Shown one piece after another: positions 61,696 to 64,000 of a DNA stretch of 64,000 bases (position 1 is the first letter of the stretch; each line of letters starts with the position of its first letter). The stretch lies in NCBI GenBank assembly GCA_010909165.1, contig MU008199.1:266248-330247 (forward strand). Direction: 5' to 3'. The DNA is from Anthoceros angustus (Eukaryota; Plantae; Anthocerotophyta). Position numbers and translations under genes: made by a program. The notes under the pieces were generated by a model. The model was given only the letters and a program-made list of their open reading frames with translations, made no database searches and was not told the origin of the DNA.

Positions 61696-64000
61696 GAATG
61701 AACGCTGCAAGCGAAGTCACAGGATATAGAGAGGGTGACGCGGTGTTTTGAAAGTCTTGTCAGACTGGACCCTGAGCTAGGGGCATCCTCATATGCTCAT
61801 GGCCCTCTCTATGCAGGATGAGGCGTGGACGAGTGAGAATAGGATTGAAAGACAGTCAATGGTAGCAGGAGCTTTGAAGAGTCTGCACTTGCAAGCATTG
61901 TGGTAAAGCAGCAGGCACATATATTTGTTCCGGAGAAAACAGGCATGATTTTTCGACACTAAGTCGAGAGCATGCATGTTGCCTGAAGGAGGAAAGGCCC
62001 ACGTAACGCAACTGAAATTGGTGGTGAAGCCATTAAAGGAAGGTGGGCTTTGAGGGTATGTTGAGGTAGCTTGCCGGGGCTTGACGTCTTAGTCGACGTG
62101 TTTCAAGAAAAAGGATCAAATTGTCTGGTCAAGATATGTGCCAAGGCAGCCTAGCTGATCACAGTGGGAAAACGCCGGGAGACATGCTTCAGTAGCAGTG
62201 ATAGAACAGCGATATCGATCATGCTGTCCGCGACACCAGATCAGGGCAGGGGCGTAAGCATAACGCTGCCGAACTTGGCAGCTGCAGTGATCGAAAGTGT
62301 TATCCACTCACAGATCCTGTTACGGCCTCTAGCTATCCCCTTTCCCTTCACATCTTGACGCTTGTGAATGTTCCTCCGCCGTCAGGTGCCACTTGGTCCG
62401 ACTCCTCGAGGGGAATAAATGCTTGGAGCAATGTAAGAACGGACGTTTGTGCACGGATCTGAAATGTCTTGTACGTGTAATATCAAGTCCACCAGGGACT
62501 GGTCCGTTCTCACGGGACTAAATCAACTTGGTTAATGACATTGGTATTCCAGGTCAAAATTGCTCAAGAAAACACCTTCCAAAGTTTGGATGGCCCACGA
62601 AGGCATGATGAATATTTATGATGCGAAATGATACACATGTTCGACCCCAAAAGGGCCAGCCGACCAGCCATCTTTGGGCACTGTAAAGTAATCATATCTT
62701 ATGATAATTTTACAATTTTATTTAATTATTAAAATAAAATTAAAATATAATGTGATGACGAAAACTTTCTCACAAGTGGAGGAGGATACAAGAGGGAGGA
62801 TGCAGGAAGGAGGGAGGGATGGCGGGTGGAAATGATTGGGGAGGATGCCTTGGAGCAATGTAAGAACGGACGTTTGTGCACGGATCTGAAATGTCTTGTA
62901 CGTGTAATATCAAGTCCACCAGGGACTGGTCCGTTCTCACGGGACTAAATCAACTTGGTTAATGACATTGGTATTCCAGGTCAAAATTGCTCAAGAAAAC
63001 ACCTTCCAAAGTTTGGATGGCCCACGAAGGCATGATGAATATTTATGATGCGAAATGATACACATGTTCGACCCCAAAAGGCCAGCCGACCAGCCATCTT
63101 TGGGCACTGTAAAGTAATCATATCTTATGATAATTTTACAATTTTTAATTATTAAAATAAAATTAAAATATAATGTGATGACGAAAACTTTCTCACAAGT
63201 GGAGGAGGATACAAGAGGGAGGATGCAGGAAGGAGGGAGGGATGGCGGGTGGAAATGATTGGGGGAGGATGCCGGAGCAATGCCGGGTGGAAATGATTGG
63301 GGGAGGATGTAGGAGGATGCGGGAGGGAGTGATGGCAGGTTGGAGTGATTGTGGGAGGATATAGGAGGTGCAGGAGGGAGCGGTGACAGATGCGGGAGAA
63401 GGGGAAGAGTATTGTGGGTGCCAAAATATGACTAATCAATCATCAGATATGGGGGTTGTTGATGTGGGTGTAGGCAAAGAGTATTGTGAATTCTAAAATA
63501 TGAATGATCAATCATCCAATATGGGTTTTTGAAGAGTATTGCGAGTGCTAAAATTTGAATGATCAAATCATCGGATATGGGTTCTTGAAGAGTATTGTGA
63601 GTGCTAAAATTTGAATCGATCGTTTCATATTTCTTCCCGAAGTTTGGAAGTGTTGGAATTCTTGGAGACATGTGGCCAGGCTCTTTGCACCTTCCTTTTC
63701 TTCCCGAAGTTTGGAAGTGTTGGAATTCTTGGAGACATGTGACCAGGCTCTTTGCACCTTCCTTCTGTCCTCATGAGCGGTCATATTTGATATGCATATT
63801 TGATATGCCCACCACTGACTTCCAAAATTAGTTGCTTTTTGTTTTTTAATTTTAGCATCATACGATATATTTTCCAATCCTTTACAATCCCTTTGTATCT
63901 TAATTTACATCTGATTTTAGAATTATTAAAATAATAGTTCTCGAATCCACGAGGTAGCGATTGTTTGAGCAAATTACCGTCTTCAATAGCCCAATATTTC
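58650..64000 (+). repeat. Segmental direct duplicate of about 42735-47718 (gene C plus orphan E/DYW remnant plus downstream repeats)
   Basis: 61696-64000 is almost identical to 45830-47718, apart from a 427-nt tandem duplication at 62422-63275. Confidence 0.9.

Overview
This is eukaryotic land-plant nuclear DNA, probably hornwort-like (inferred from the GRP-ending DYW:KP domains). It looks like a poorly polished long-read assembly, because 1-2 nt deletions in homopolymers and dinucleotide runs occur throughout. Left part (1-27.5 kb), a nest of retroelements: a solo LTR; a tandemly duplicated fragment of an N6/N4-type (amino) DNA methyltransferase; a gag-protease remnant and, further right, a C5-cytosine methyltransferase fragment; a full-length Athila-like Ty3/gypsy element (11448-20367, minus strand, TG..CA LTRs, PBS, PPT, TGGCC target-site duplication) inserted into a coiled-coil ORF; and a Copia RNase H scrap. 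Right part (28-64 kb), a cluster of seven intronless PLS-class PPR genes or pseudogenes: six on +, one on -. All share the architecture putative transit peptide / PDF motif / (P-L-S)n / P2-L2-S2 / E1-E2 / DYW:KP domain (KPAVAGIEV, HAEK, CxxCH, ending GRP or GQP), so they are candidate organellar U-to-C RNA editing factors. The most unusual observation is that every copy carries, N-terminal to the PPR array, a PDF motif of the kind found in OSB/PTAC9 organellar single-stranded-DNA-binding proteins. The copies differ mainly in triplet number (2-8) and in PPR code residues.
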